From assembly GCA_965215185.1 (NCBI GenBank), contig OZ244034.1:2336001-2400000 (forward strand): 64,000 nt of DNA. Reading direction: 5' to 3'. Below are positions 38,114-47,637 of the stretch, piece by piece. The DNA is from Acidimicrobiia bacterium (GTDB lineage Bacteria > Actinomycetota > Acidimicrobiia > Spongiisociales > ZC4RG35). Below the pieces are notes generated by a model. It worked only from the letters and a program-made list of their open reading frames with translations. It did not search any database and was not told where the DNA came from. Numbering within the stretch: position 1 is the stretch's first letter; each line of letters opens with the position of its first letter. Made by a program: the position numbers and the translations under genes.

Positions 38114-39841
38114 ATGGATCCCATCATCTTGGAGGTGCTGTGGAACCGCCTCTTATCGGTGGTGAACGAACAGCAGGTGGCTCTGATGCGCACCGCTTTC
38201 AGCACCATCGTCAGAGAGACGCAGGATCTGGCCTGTGGGGTGTTCAACACCGAAGGCGCCATGGTCGCCCAGTCCCTGACCGGCACTCCCGGCCACATCA
38301 ATGCCATGGCCACCGGAATGCGTCACCTACTGGCCGAGTATCCGCCCGAGAGACTGTCGGAAGGTGACGTGCTGCTCACCAACGACCCGTGGATGACCGC
38401 CGGCCAAATCAATGACATCACCGTCGCCACTCCGGTGTTCCGGGCGGGACGGATCGTTGGCTATTTTGCCAACACCTGCCACGCGGCTGATATCGGCGGC
38501 AGAATTCTCTCCGCCGAAGCGCGGGAGGTCTACGAGGAGGGTCTGCGGTTGCCCATCATGAAGCTCTTCCGAGAAGGGGAGATCAACCGGGACCTCATCA
38601 AGCTGATCCGAGCCAATGTGCGTACCCCCGACGAGACGGTGGGCGACCTTTACGCGCAGACCACCAGCAACGAGGTGGGCACCCGCGCCCTCCTCAAATT
38701 CATGGACGAATTCAACCTCGACTCCATCGATCCGGTCGCCCAGGAGATAATGGACCGATCCGAGGAAGCCATGCGTCAGTCGATCGGCGCCATTCCCAAC
38801 GGCCGGTACGAGCATGAGACCTGGAGCGACGGGTTCGAGGAACCCATCAAGATCAAAGTGGCAGTCACCGTTGGAGACCGGGATATCCACATCGACTTCG
38901 CTGGGTCCTCGCCGCAGAGCCAAAGGGGGATCAACGTGGTCTTCAACTACACCCACGCCTATGCCTCCTTCGCCATGAAAGCCGCGGTCAGCCCCGAGGT
39001 TCCTCACAACGAGGGAGCCTTCCGGCCGGTGCATGTCTCCGCTCCTGCCGGCTCCATTCTCAACTGCCTCCCTCCGGCGGCGGTTGCCTCTCGGCACATC
39101 CTGGGGCATTTTCTCCCCGGGGTCATCTTCGGGGCCCTGGCTGAAGCGCTGCCCCTGATGGCGGCCGGATCAGACCCGATCTGGATCAGCGTTTGGCGGG
39201 GGCGGCCCCCTGGAAGCAAGCGCCTATTCACCTTCAGCCTCTTCCAGTGCGGAGGAGGGGGCGCCCGGGCCGGAAAGGATGGATTGAGCGCCACGGGCTT
39301 TCCGAGCGGGGTGGCGGGGGTGCCCGCCGAGGTGGTTGAAACCTTGTCTTCCCTTATCCAGCACCGCCGGGCACTTCGCCCCGACTCTGGTGGTCCGGGG
39401 CTCTACCGGGGGGGCCTGGGTCAATACACAGAGATGGGCTGCCGCACCGACGAGGTCTGGACAGTCTCGGCCATGGTCGACCGGATCAAATATCCCCCCG
39501 AGGGAATCTTGGGGGGCCTCACCGGCGCCCGGGGCGAATTGCTCCTCGACGGCCAGCAAAAGGGCCAGCCCAAAGCTCTGCTCACCCTGCAACCGGAGCA
39601 ACGGGTACAGCTCAATCTCCCCGGCGGCGGAGGGGTCGGAGATCCGCTTGAGCGCGATCCGCAGATGGTGATGGCCGATGTTGTGGAGGGCTATGTCTCG
39701 ATAGCTGGAGCAAAAAGGGATTACGGGGTTATCGTCCGGTACACCGGAGAGCCCGATCAGATGGTTCGTCTGCCTGAGGACTACCAACTGGACCAGGAAG
39801 CCACCGCAGCGCTGCGAACGCAACGCCGCAGTCTCGTATAG
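38114..39841 (+). CDS. Hydantoinase B/oxoprolinase family protein
   Basis: RTAFSTIVRE, TNDPW, HAADIGG, EEGLRLP, SGGPGLYRGG, PGGGGVGDP. Confidence 0.94.
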   Translation: MDPIILEVLWNRLLSVVNEQQVALMRTAFSTIVRETQDLACGVFNTEGAMVAQSLTGTPGHINAMATGMRHLLAEYPPERLSEGDVLLTNDPWMTAGQINDITVATPVFRAGRIVGYFANTCHAADIGGRILSAEAREVYEEGLRLPIMKLFREGEINRDLIKLIRANVRTPDETVGDLYAQTTSNEVGTRALLKFMDEFNLDSIDPVAQEIMDRSEEAMRQSIGAIPNGRYEHETWSDGFEEPIKIKVAVTVGDRDIHIDFAGSSPQSQRGINVVFNYTHAYASFAMKAAVSPEVPHNEGAFRPVHVSAPAGSILNCLPPAAVASRHILGHFLPGVIFGALAEALPLMAAGSDPIWISVWRGRPPGSKRLFTFSLFQCGGGGARAGKDGLSATGFPSGVAGVPAEVVETLSSLIQHRRALRPDSGGPGLYRGGLGQYTEMGCRTDEVWTVSAMVDRIKYPPEGILGGLTGARGELLLDGQQKGQPKALLTLQPEQRVQLNLPGGGGVGDPLERDPQMVMADVVEGYVSIAGAKRDYGVIVRYTGEPDQMVRLPEDYQLDQEATAALRTQRRSLV

Positions 39842-39895
39842 TCGTTACGGTCGACTCTTGGTCGACAGCGCCGAAAAAGTGGAAAGGGTGAATGA

Positions 39896-41008
39896 ATGAG
39901 CAATAACGATCCGGTACGAGTGGGAGTGGTGGGGGCCAGCCCGCCGGGGTTCGGCGACCGTGCTCATTTGCCGGCGGTGCAATCCGCCCCGGGACTTACC
40001 TTGGAGGCCGTCTGCACCACCCGTCCGGAGACGGCCAGGGCAGCTGCCGACCGGTGGGGCGCTCGTAAGTGGTATGCGGGCATAGAGGACCTGTGCAATG
40101 ATCCCGAAGTGGACCTGGTTACGGTGGCGGTGCGACCCCGGCTTCACTATCCGCTGGCCATGGAGGCACTTCGGGCCGGCAAACCAGTGTTCTGCGAATG
40201 GCCCTTGGCGCTCGACACCTCCCAAGCCTTGGAAATGGCCTCAACCGCGGCACAGGCGGGTATCCCCACCGCGGTGGGACTGCAGGGCAGGTTTGCGCCT
40301 GCCGTCGCCTGGGCGCGACAACTGCTGGCCCAGGGGGCGGTCGGACGGCCCTTGTCGTTCGTGGTCTCCCAAATGCTCTCCAAATTCGAAGTGGATTCCG
40401 ACCGATCCTGGTTGGTACGCCATGAAGAAGCAAGCGGCGCTCTATTCGTGGCTTTCGCCCATGTGATTGACTCGGTCCGTTTCATCCTGGGAGATGTGGA
40501 AAACATCTCGGCCCGCCAGTTGACCCTATCGCCGGAAGGGAAATACGCGGAGGGCGGGACCTTTGAGTGGAAGACCGCCGACACAGTGATGGCCATTGCC
40601 GAGTTAGCCGGGGCAATAGTGGGAACGGCCTATGTCTCCAACACCACATCGCCTCCCCAGGGATACTCTTTGCGAATCCTCGGAGAGGAGGGGCAGATCC
40701 TCTTGGGCGCCCCCTCCTACTACCAGTTCAGCCCTGTCAAGCTGTCCGTGGGTCCTATCAAGGTCTCGGTAGGCCGAAGGGAGACGGACAGACTGGAAGA
40801 GGCGGAAATTCCCACCGAGTATTTTTCTGACATGCCGGTAACCGAAGGCCACTCCGCCTACAACGTGGCCAGGGCCTTGACCGACTTCACAGACTCCATC
40901 CGGGAAGGGCGGCGTTTTAGGCCCGACTTCCAAGACGGCGTGGCCCTTCATCGGATCCTCGACGCGGCCATGACCTCCAGCGGGGAAGGCCGGATGGTGA
41001 CTGTCTAG
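39896..41008 (+). CDS. Gfo/Idh/MocA family oxidoreductase
   Basis: RVGVVGA, AGKPVFCEWP, PDFQDG. Confidence 0.9.
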   Translation: MSNNDPVRVGVVGASPPGFGDRAHLPAVQSAPGLTLEAVCTTRPETARAAADRWGARKWYAGIEDLCNDPEVDLVTVAVRPRLHYPLAMEALRAGKPVFCEWPLALDTSQALEMASTAAQAGIPTAVGLQGRFAPAVAWARQLLAQGAVGRPLSFVVSQMLSKFEVDSDRSWLVRHEEASGALFVAFAHVIDSVRFILGDVENISARQLTLSPEGKYAEGGTFEWKTADTVMAIAELAGAIVGTAYVSNTTSPPQGYSLRILGEEGQILLGAPSYYQFSPVKLSVGPIKVSVGRRETDRLEEAEIPTEYFSDMPVTEGHSAYNVARALTDFTDSIREGRRFRPDFQDGVALHRILDAAMTSSGEGRMVTV

Positions 41009-41084
41009 ACGGCCCGCTCCAAGACGAGATCTCGCCACCCGGCGCTTGTCGGCTTCCTTCTAGACTGAAGATTCAATACTCTCA

Positions 41085-41158
41085 GCGGGTGTAGTTCAAT
41101 GGTAGAACACGAGCTTCCCAAGCTCGGAGTGGGGGTTCGATTCCCCTCACCCGCTCCA
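41085..41158 (+). tRNA. tRNA-Gly (CCC)
   Basis: GCGGGTG acceptor stem, anticodon arm CGAGC-TTCCCAA-GCTCG, GGTTCGATTCC T-arm, encoded CCA. Confidence 0.96.
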
Positions 41159-41283
41159 GTTAGAAGAATAAAGATCTCCTGAGGATAGTCCGTGGGTAGG
41201 GAGGGTCGGAGGGAACCGATAACACATCCAGACCATTACTCTTTGGTATTGATATTTTCTCACCATTCTTCCGGAGATTCGTT

Positions 41284-44200
41284 GTGACTCTTAAGTCGTC
41301 CCCATTTATGACCGTACTCGTCGCCCTGGCGCTGCTTGCAGCACTTGTGGTCAGCCCTGCGGCGGCTGCCGACGGTGGTGGTGTTTACGAAGATGTCCCC
41401 ACCGATAACACTCATGCCCCGGCTATTGAGGCTCTGCAGATGGTGGGACTTCTGTTGGACACGGATTGCGCAGAGGGGAGCTTTTGTCCCAGCGAGCCCG
41501 TGCAGCGTTGGGTGGTGGCCGTGTGGCTGGCCAGGGCAGTTTACGGCTTCACACCAATGCAGGAGGCGCCGTCAACACAGTTCGCCGACTTGGACGACGA
41601 AATACAATGGGCTGCCCCCCATATAGAACGGATTGTCGATCTGGGCATCATCGAGGGATGCGGCGTCGATCCGCTCCGGTTCTGCCCTGAGGAAGCCCTG
41701 ACCCGTGCGGAGGTTGCGACTGTCCTGACCCGTGCCTTCAAACTCCCACCCGCAGGCTATGTGGGATTCGCAGATCTGGCGGGCGTCGAAAACGCTGGGG
41801 ACATCAATGCTCTCGCCGCCGCTCGGCTGACCGCCGGTTGTTCCGCCGACCCTTTCCTTTACTGCCCCTCTTTGGTGGTGACACGAGCCGAGATGGCGTC
41901 GTTCCTGGCGCGTGCCGTGGGCCTGATCCCCAAGCCCGGTTACCAGCCGGCGATGGACTCGACTTCGCTGTCCACCGATCCGGCGGTGCGTATCGGAACT
42001 CTGGACAACGGTTTCACCTACTACTTGCGACACAATGAAAGGCCTGGGAAGAGCGTAACTCTTCGACTGGTCGTGAAGGCGGGGTCGATCAATGAACCCG
42101 AACCGGGCCGGGGTATCGCTCACTTCCTGGAGCACATTCTTTTTGAGGGAACCGAGGCGTACACGGCCGAATCTTTCAACGCCACCATTCGTTCCTTGGG
42201 CGCCGAACTTGGTCCGGACATCAATGCCGGCGTCTGGTACGACCAGACCGTCTACGAATTGACAGTGACGGCCGATCCGATAGAAAATGTGAGCACGGCG
42301 CTGCATGTCCTGTCGCAGATGGCCCATGCCGCCCTTATTGACCCGGACGGGGTAATCGCAGAGCGAGGGGTGGTTCTGGACGAGTTGCGTTTCCGGACCG
42401 AGACCAGTGGTGGTCAGATCGGCGCCGAGTTCGATCGTATCTACACCCAGGGCACGCCTTATGAGGGGTATTACCCGGGCGGTACGGCGCCGTCTCTGGA
42501 GTCGATGACCGCTGAGGACCTGAGGGATTTCTATGAGACCTGGTACGTCCCGTCCAACATGGCCATCGTGGCGGTGGGTGACGTACCAGAAGACGACCTC
42601 TTTGCCCTGGTGGAGGAACACTTCGGACCGATAGAACCAGGTACCCCTCCAGCATTCTCGCTTCTCGAGGTGACACCTGACCCGGCGCCGTCCTATCACG
42701 TGGTCACCAACGAAGCGCAAGGCTACACATTCATTTCCCTCGACATCCCCATTCCGTCGTTTAATGCCGGCACGTTTGGCGGAGAGCGCCTCCTGCTATT
42801 GGACAGCCTGGTGGAATTGATGATCGCCAATCGGCTGGAAGACGCCTTCTACCGCGGTGAACTGGCACAGGTGGATCGCCCTCGCTTCCAAACCTTCAAC
42901 CACAACCGGGGATTGCGCTACTACGGCACCAACTGGCAGGGCGAGAATCTCGACACGGCTTCCAGCAACTACTTGTCGGTGTTGCAGACCGCACAGAGGT
43001 ACGGCTTCACCGATGCCGACCTGGTCCGCGCCAGAGAAGCAGTCGCCACCGCATTGGAGCACCGGCTTGAAACGGCCACTACTTCCACGGACCCCCAGTA
43101 CACGGGAAACTACGTAGACCACTACCTGTACGGCGCTGACATCAGTGCCCCTGAGGATCGGCACGACCGGATCTCGGCCCTTCTCGAAGAGGTGACGCCC
43201 GAGGAGTTGACCGATCACTACCGGTGGCAGATGAACCAGGCCGGGCCGATTGTGGTCGCAGTCGGTCCCAACGCCGCCAGCCTCCCTTCCACCGCTGATC
43301 TGGAAGCTGCGGTGGCGGCCGCAACGCCGCGCAGCGAGCCTCCACCAGTCGAGCCGGAGATCGATCAGTTGATGGCGGTTCCCGAGCCGGCGGAGCCGGT
43401 TTCCAGTGGCCCCTTCGCCCTACTGGAAGGCACCCAGTGGGAGTTCGCCAACGGGGCCCGGGTGGTGTTCGTGTACTCCGACATCGCCGAAGCGACTGTG
43501 CACCTGCGAACCCGGTCGCTGGGGGGATGGTCCCAACTGGAACCGGGCGCGCGGGCGCTCGCTCCCCGAGCGGTAGAAGCGGTGGTGCGCAGCGGCTTCG
43601 GTGACCTGACGCAATTGCAGATCAACCGTTTCCTCGGGGATAGCACCGCCTCCTTGAGCGCGTCGATCGGAGAGACCACCGAAGGTTTCGATGGCGGCGC
43701 CAACAGCCACGACCTGGAAACGCTGTTCCAACTCCTGCACCTGCTCATCACCGCTCCCCGGGTGGACGACATCGCCTTCGAACAGGCACTGAACAGTGCC
43801 ACCATCCGCACTCAACTGGCCGAGGTAAATCCTGGCTGGCAGGCATGGGTGGCCTATAACGAAGCCCGTTTCGATCCCGCCTGGCACCGACCGGTGGCGA
43901 CCTGGGAACAACTCGCCACGATGAGCGCCGAATCGCTACTCGATCTCTACCAGCGCCGACTGGGTGACGTGGACGACATGGTGGTGGCGGTGGTGGGTGA
44001 CACCGACGCCGAGGTCATCGAACGACTGGCTCGTCATTACATCGGGACTCTCCCCGCTGGCGAGTCCGACACCTTCGCCAACCGCCATCCGGCGCCACCC
44101 GATGGCCTGGTGCGGCGAGAGATACCGATCGGCGAGAATATGAGCGCCGTTCTGCAGATGTACCACGAAGCCGAGGGCACTGTTACCCCGTCAACAAGAG

Positions 44201-44667
44201 TCAACGCTCACATCCTTCGAGTGATTCTGGATGATCGTCTCACCCAGTTGGTGCGTGAGGAGTTGGGCGCCTCCTACATTGCGGGAGTCTCGATCCAACC
44301 GGCCCTCACGCCCAAACCCACGATCTACTCGGACCTGTTCTTCACCGTCGATGCCGACGGCTACCAGGACGCCTACAACCGGGTCCTTGCGATTCTGGCC
44401 GATATGGTGGCCAACGGACCCACGAGCGAGGAACTCGAACAGGCCAAGGCCGTTGCCCGGGCCGACTTCGACAAAGTCAACAACGACGGGTTGCTCAATG
44501 TCATCACGAGTCAATTGCATCTTGACGACGAAGACCTCTTCACGTCGGGACGTTCTCTGGAAGAACTCCAAAAGGTCACTGCCGCCACTGTGCAGGCTCT
44601 CGCCGCCCGGCTTTACGACAAGGAAACTCGGGTCGAGGTAATCCGGGTGCCCACCCCCAGGCAGTAA
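41284..44667 (+). CDS. Secreted SLH-domain plus M16 (PqqL-like) zinc peptidase
   Basis: Signal peptide, three SLH-like repeats (FCP...TRAEMA), GTLDNGFTYY, AHFLEH (HxxEH), ERGVVLDE, second half ANGARV. Confidence 0.9.
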   Translation: MTLKSSPFMTVLVALALLAALVVSPAAAADGGGVYEDVPTDNTHAPAIEALQMVGLLLDTDCAEGSFCPSEPVQRWVVAVWLARAVYGFTPMQEAPSTQFADLDDEIQWAAPHIERIVDLGIIEGCGVDPLRFCPEEALTRAEVATVLTRAFKLPPAGYVGFADLAGVENAGDINALAAARLTAGCSADPFLYCPSLVVTRAEMASFLARAVGLIPKPGYQPAMDSTSLSTDPAVRIGTLDNGFTYYLRHNERPGKSVTLRLVVKAGSINEPEPGRGIAHFLEHILFEGTEAYTAESFNATIRSLGAELGPDINAGVWYDQTVYELTVTADPIENVSTALHVLSQMAHAALIDPDGVIAERGVVLDELRFRTETSGGQIGAEFDRIYTQGTPYEGYYPGGTAPSLESMTAEDLRDFYETWYVPSNMAIVAVGDVPEDDLFALVEEHFGPIEPGTPPAFSLLEVTPDPAPSYHVVTNEAQGYTFISLDIPIPSFNAGTFGGERLLLLDSLVELMIANRLEDAFYRGELAQVDRPRFQTFNHNRGLRYYGTNWQGENLDTASSNYLSVLQTAQRYGFTDADLVRAREAVATALEHRLETATTSTDPQYTGNYVDHYLYGADISAPEDRHDRISALLEEVTPEELTDHYRWQMNQAGPIVVAVGPNAASLPSTADLEAAVAAATPRSEPPPVEPEIDQLMAVPEPAEPVSSGPFALLEGTQWEFANGARVVFVYSDIAEATVHLRTRSLGGWSQLEPGARALAPRAVEAVVRSGFGDLTQLQINRFLGDSTASLSASIGETTEGFDGGANSHDLETLFQLLHLLITAPRVDDIAFEQALNSATIRTQLAEVNPGWQAWVAYNEARFDPAWHRPVATWEQLATMSAESLLDLYQRRLGDVDDMVVAVVGDTDAEVIERLARHYIGTLPAGESDTFANRHPAPPDGLVRREIPIGENMSAVLQMYHEAEGTVTPSTRVNAHILRVILDDRLTQLVREELGASYIAGVSIQPALTPKPTIYSDLFFTVDADGYQDAYNRVLAILADMVANGPTSEELEQAKAVARADFDKVNNDGLLNVITSQLHLDDEDLFTSGRSLEELQKVTAATVQALAARLYDKETRVEVIRVPTPRQ

Positions 44668-44746
44668 CGTTTGTGCAGTTACAGTGATAGCGGAAGAGAC
44701 CTGTACCCCAAAGGCGGAAGCGGTATTTGCTTGAGACGAGGACACC

Positions 44747-45307
44747 ATGATTTTCTCTGACCGATCGATAAAGGAAGCCTTGGCGGAGGGTCGGCTGGAG
44801 ATCGATCCCTTTGAAGAGTCGAATGTCCAGCCATCCAGCGTAGATCTGCGAGTGTCATCCACCTTCCGGGTCTTCGCCAATCACCTCTATCCCTACATTG
44901 ATCCCCGCCAGCACCAGGAGAACCTCACCTCAATCCACGAAGTGGAGCCCGACAATCACTTCATTCTCCACCCTGGCGAATTCGCGTTGGGGGCCACCTT
45001 GGAACGGGTCCGGTTGGGAGATGACGTGGTCGCCCGACTGGAAGGCAAATCCAGTCTGGGACGCTTGGGTCTGATGATCCACTCAACAGCCGGGTTCGTC
45101 GATCCGGGGTTCAACGGCCACCTCACACTGGAACTCTCCAACGTGGCTCAACTCCCCATCGCCATCTACCCGGGGATGCAGATCGGGCAAATCAGCTTCT
45201 ACCAGATGACCACCCGGGCCGACCACCCGTATGGAAGCGGAGTCACCGGTTCCAAATACCAAGATCAGATGGGACCAACCGCCAGCCGGAGTCATCAGAA
45301 CTTCTAG
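44747..45307 (+). CDS. dcd: dCTP deaminase
   Basis: [38 protein letters not shown]. Confidence 0.96.
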   Translation: MIFSDRSIKEALAEGRLEIDPFEESNVQPSSVDLRVSSTFRVFANHLYPYIDPRQHQENLTSIHEVEPDNHFILHPGEFALGATLERVRLGDDVVARLEGKSSLGRLGLMIHSTAGFVDPGFNGHLTLELSNVAQLPIAIYPGMQIGQISFYQMTTRADHPYGSGVTGSKYQDQMGPTASRSHQNF

Positions 45308-45345
45308 ACCCGGCAATAGCCCTCGTTTATCCCAGCAGGGCAACC

Positions 45346-46353
45346 TCAGTACTCGTGGTCGGCGCGGCGCTGGCGGGAGGGCTGCACCCGGGGAGGCTCC
45401 CCCGGTTGCTTGGGGTAGTGGGGTGGCCAAGGGGCATCTCCCAAGCCATATTCTTCTTCGTCACGCACCACCCACTCCAAAAGAGTGTGAATTTCCCCCG
45501 CCGACTGGTCGATGCCGTCCGTCAAATCACCCACCACCCGGTAGCGATCGGCGAACCGGTCCATCGGGAAATCCTCGATCTGGACATCCGGCAGTTCGTC
45601 CCAGGTCAGGGGCGCCGAGACATATCCGGTGGGCCGAACCCCATAGGCGGATGAGACGGTTTTGTCTCGGGCGTTCTGGTTGTAGTCAACAAAGATTCCC
45701 GTGCGTTCTTCCTTCCACCACTTTGTGGTGACCAGACCAGGCAGGCGCCGCTCCAACTCCCGGGCGAAAGCCAGCACCGCCCGACGGGTGTGGTGGAAGT
45801 CGTACTCACGTGCGACCCGGACGTACACATGGATACCACGACTTCCTGAAGTCTTGGGCCACCCCCTAAGCCCCACCTCCGTCAGCAGACCACCGGCTGC
45901 CAGAGCAACTTCTTTCACGTGCGCAAACCCAAAGCCGGGGGTGGGATCAAAGTCGAACCGCAGTTCGTCGGGGTGATCGATGTCGTCAGCCCGGACCGGC
46001 CAGGGATGGAAGTCGAGACACCCCAACTGCGCCAGCCGCACGATATCCGCCGGATGGGTGGGAACATTCATCACCCCCGGCCGTTGGGAGGGAAAACGAA
46101 TATCGACGGTCTGGAAAGGCGTGCCCCGCTGGGCGCGCTTCTGATAGATGGGCGGCTTATCCACCCCCTTCATATAGCGCTTCAGCATGGTGGGGCGGTT
46201 GGCCACTCCCCGCAGAGCCCCCTCCGCGCAGACCATAAAGTGGTTGATGACGTCCAACTTGGTCCATCCCCGCTTCGCAAAGACCACCCGGGAGGGACTG
46301 GATATCCGCACCGTTTCGCCGGCTACCTCGACAGTGGTGACTTCTTGGGCCAT
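45346..46353 (-). CDS. Stand-alone LigD polymerase (primase-polymerase) domain protein
   Basis: Start MAQEV at 46353; PDELRFDFDP, KTSGSRGIH, WWKEER..FVDYNQN. Confidence 0.9.
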   Translation of the reverse strand: MAQEVTTVEVAGETVRISSPSRVVFAKRGWTKLDVINHFMVCAEGALRGVANRPTMLKRYMKGVDKPPIYQKRAQRGTPFQTVDIRFPSQRPGVMNVPTHPADIVRLAQLGCLDFHPWPVRADDIDHPDELRFDFDPTPGFGFAHVKEVALAAGGLLTEVGLRGWPKTSGSRGIHVYVRVAREYDFHHTRRAVLAFARELERRLPGLVTTKWWKEERTGIFVDYNQNARDKTVSSAYGVRPTGYVSAPLTWDELPDVQIEDFPMDRFADRYRVVGDLTDGIDQSAGEIHTLLEWVVRDEEEYGLGDAPWPPHYPKQPGEPPRVQPSRQRRADHEY

Positions 46354-46479
46354 CACCGAATCACGGTACCTTATCTGAGAGAGTGATTCATCATTTCTTG
46401 CCACCATCGATCCCGCACCGCCGAAGAAATCCAAGCCTGAGCGCAACGCAACGGGACGGTTGCGGGTTCTTATAAACAG

Positions 46480-47025
46480 ATGGAAAACTTGGCAAGGGCT
46501 TTGGCATCCGATTTGGACAAGGCATTTGCGGAGTTGGTGTGTGAGCTGCAGCACGGTGTGTTCAGCGGGATTCTTCAACTCACCGGAGACCATCACCGGG
46601 CGCAAGACCTGACACAAGAGGCTTTCATCCGGGCCTACCTGGCCCTTCGGACCTATCCGAGCGAACGCATCCGTAGCATGCGGCTGCGGGGATGGGTGTG
46701 GACCATCGCCCTCAATCTCCTCCGCAATCAGATCCGCTCCCAGACTCTAAGACCTGTCCCGGTGAGACTGGAGGACGTCGGGTACATCCCGACGGAACCC
46801 CCCGACTCCTGCGCCTGGCAACGCAGGTGGGCGCTCCTGCCTTCCACCCAGCGGCAGGCAGTGATCCTGCGACATGTGGCGGGACTCTCCTATCAGGAGA
46901 TATCGGAAGCCACCGCCCGTCCCCGCAGCACTGCCAGAAGCGATGTCCATCGTGGTTTGAACCGACTACGTGCCATCATCGAACAAGAACACTTCGAGGA
47001 GGAAAGAAATGAAACTGGAAAGTGA
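46480..47025 (+). CDS. ECF RNA polymerase sigma factor
   Basis: AQDLTQEAFIRAY, WVWTIALN, GLSYQEIS...TARSDVHRG. Confidence 0.9.
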   Translation: MENLARALASDLDKAFAELVCELQHGVFSGILQLTGDHHRAQDLTQEAFIRAYLALRTYPSERIRSMRLRGWVWTIALNLLRNQIRSQTLRPVPVRLEDVGYIPTEPPDSCAWQRRWALLPSTQRQAVILRHVAGLSYQEISEATARPRSTARSDVHRGLNRLRAIIEQEHFEEERNETGK

Positions 47026-47581
47026 TTTGCAGCGATTGTCGACCATCGCACCCCGAGGCATGGTTGAGGGGGTGGAGTTGGGAACCGGTCTGGCTGACGG
47101 ATTCTCGGTGTTCGAATCCCCGCTGGGACCGGTGGTGGTGGCTTTCAATCCCGTGGGCGTGTCAGCGGTGGACCTATTCAATGATGGGTTCAAGGAGCGT
47201 TTCGAACAACGGTTCCGAAGACGGCTGTTGGAGGCTCGTCCGCCCCGGAGTTGGAACGATCTGATCCTTCAGGCCCTGGCGAAGGGTACGCCCGGCACTC
47301 TGCCGGTCGACTTTCGCTCGGTCACCGACTTCCAGAGGCAGGTGCTGAGAGAGACTTCCGCTATTCCCCGCGGCGAGACGCGCTCCTACGGATGGCTTGC
47401 CCATCGGGCCGGGCGCCCCAAGGCTGCCCGAGCAGTAGGACAGACCATGGCCCGTAACCCGGTTCCTTTGGTGATCCCCTGCCACCGGGTGGTCCGTTCC
47501 GACGGCCGCGTCGGACACTACGGCCTGGGGGGGGTCGAGCGCAAACGCACATTGCTCCAAGTCGAAGGCGCCATCAGGTAA
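47009..47581 (+). CDS. ogt: Methylated-DNA--protein-cysteine methyltransferase
   Basis: IPRGETRSYG, AARAVG, NPVPLVIPCHRV; RBS GAGGAGG upstream of ATG 47009. Confidence 0.92.
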   Translation: MKLESDLQRLSTIAPRGMVEGVELGTGLADGFSVFESPLGPVVVAFNPVGVSAVDLFNDGFKERFEQRFRRRLLEARPPRSWNDLILQALAKGTPGTLPVDFRSVTDFQRQVLRETSAIPRGETRSYGWLAHRAGRPKAARAVGQTMARNPVPLVIPCHRVVRSDGRVGHYGLGGVERKRTLLQVEGAIR

Positions 47582-47637
47582 TCCCCAGATCCCAACCTCC
47601 CCGGTCACAGACATCCGGGGCGAGTTAGGCTGGCCAC

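Noticed and set aside
41085-41158. tRNA-Gly as the attachment site of an integrated island
   Set aside because: No integrase and no duplicated tRNA 3' end seen in the window.
46440-46479. ECF autoregulatory promoter (GCAAC...GTT)
   Set aside because: Spacing is ambiguous between two GCAAC copies; cannot be supported by eye.
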